This document shows positions 31,490-32,000 of a stretch of DNA of 32,000 nt, piece by piece (the first letter of the stretch is position 1; each line of letters opens with the position of its first letter). The stretch is from Thermofilum pendens Hrk 5. GTDB taxonomy: Archaea; Thermoproteota; Thermoprotei; Thermofilales; Thermofilaceae. The position numbers and the translations under genes are program-made. The notes beneath the pieces are model-generated. The model saw only the letters and a list, made by a program, of their open reading frames with translations, made no database searches and was not told where the DNA came from. The stretch lies in the NCBI RefSeq assembly GCF_000015225.1, contig NC_008698.1:150001-182000 (forward strand). Reading direction: 5' to 3'.

Positions 31490-32000
31490 CTAGCCGGTAC
31501 TAGAAGACTCGGAAAACGTGTACGCGAAGCCATACTCTGCAGCTGCCCTCTTGATGCTTTCCTTCAGTACGGATATGTTTCTAGAGCTAAAGACCTTCTT
31601 GGCGAAGAACATACCTATCGGGTAGATCACGAGGAGCGACGTGAGTATAGTTACGCTTCTCCCTATTATCGTAGCGGCGAGCGCCTTTTCCCTCGGTACT
31701 CCGAGAAGCAGGTACAGCGACAGCAGTGCAGCGTCTATGCTTCCAACCATGAACGGTATGCCTATGGACGCTAGTGAGTACAGCGTTAGGATAGTGTAAC
31801 CCGGTCCTATCAATGCTAAGTTAACGTTGGCGCCCACGGCCCTCAACGAGAAGAATGGAGTAAGTATCCCGCTGACCCACTGCAAGAATAGGAACGCCAC
31901 GGCCCCCCAGAGGTGAATGTTCCTGAAGTTGAAGTCCCTAGAAGCCTCCGCTACGAGGCTTAGAAAGTTCTCTAAGTCCTTTTCGAACTTCTCCAAGCGT
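31490..32000 (-). CDS. C-terminal part of a UPF0104 / LPG-synthase-TM (flippase-like) family membrane protein; the start lies beyond the window
   Basis: The polytopic sequence includes GSIDAALLSLYLLLGVPREKALAATIIGR, reminiscent of PF03706-type proteins. The frame stays open to the window edge. Confidence 0.55.
   Translation of the reverse strand, partial: RLEKFEKDLENFLSLVAEASRDFNFRNIHLWGAVAFLFLQWVSGILTPFFSLRAVGANVNLALIGPGYTILTLYSLASIGIPFMVGSIDAALLSLYLLLGVPREKALAATIIGRSVTILTSLLVIYPIGMFFAKKVFSSRNISVLKESIKRAAAEYGFAYTFSESSSTG

Noticed and set aside
1-32000. A scan for CRISPR arrays, IS elements or transposases, integrases, tRNA or rRNA genes and long direct repeats.
   Set aside because: I found no regularly spaced repeats, no transposase- or integrase-like ORFs, and no tRNA-like cloverleaf candidates in the few non-coding gaps. 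The window looks like core chromosome.

Overview
This window reads as a compact archaeal chromosome segment, probably from a hyperthermophilic crenarchaeote (Thermofilum- or Desulfurococcales-like; that is a guess). Supporting signs are AT-rich TATA-type promoters about 25-40 nt upstream of start codons, oligo-T terminators, C/D box sRNAs, an archaeal class V FBP aldolase/phosphatase, a PAC2/Pba proteasome chaperone and a tungsten-type AOR. The dominant feature is a 13.8 kb, 11-gene minus-strand operon (4552-18345). It encodes a Hyf/FHL-2-type formate hydrogenlyase: a Cys-type FdhH-like formate dehydrogenase, a HycB-like polyferredoxin, HyfB/C/E/F/D-like membrane subunits, a HycE-like [NiFe] large subunit, HycF- and HycG-like subunits, and a fourth antiporter-like subunit. 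A FocA-type formate channel is transcribed divergently. Pterin-cofactor genes surround it: aor, mobA coupled to an unknown 119-aa ORF, and an unusual 528-aa protein that combines a CX3CX2C module, a ModE-type wHTH and an uncharacterised C-terminal domain. The right third holds housekeeping genes: a PsiE-like membrane protein, a macro domain protein, a Clp1-like kinase, fbp, a P-type ATPase, a PAC2 chaperone, TatD, IMPase, a YfcE-like phosphodiesterase, a SWIM protein and a partial UPF0104 membrane protein. The 295-nt gap at 28624-28918 is best explained by two convergent C/D box sRNAs with exact 12-nt guide spacing, each bracketed by a flanking helix. I saw no CRISPR array, transposon, tRNA or rRNA. 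All homology calls rest on motif recognition and remembered family sequences, not on computed searches.
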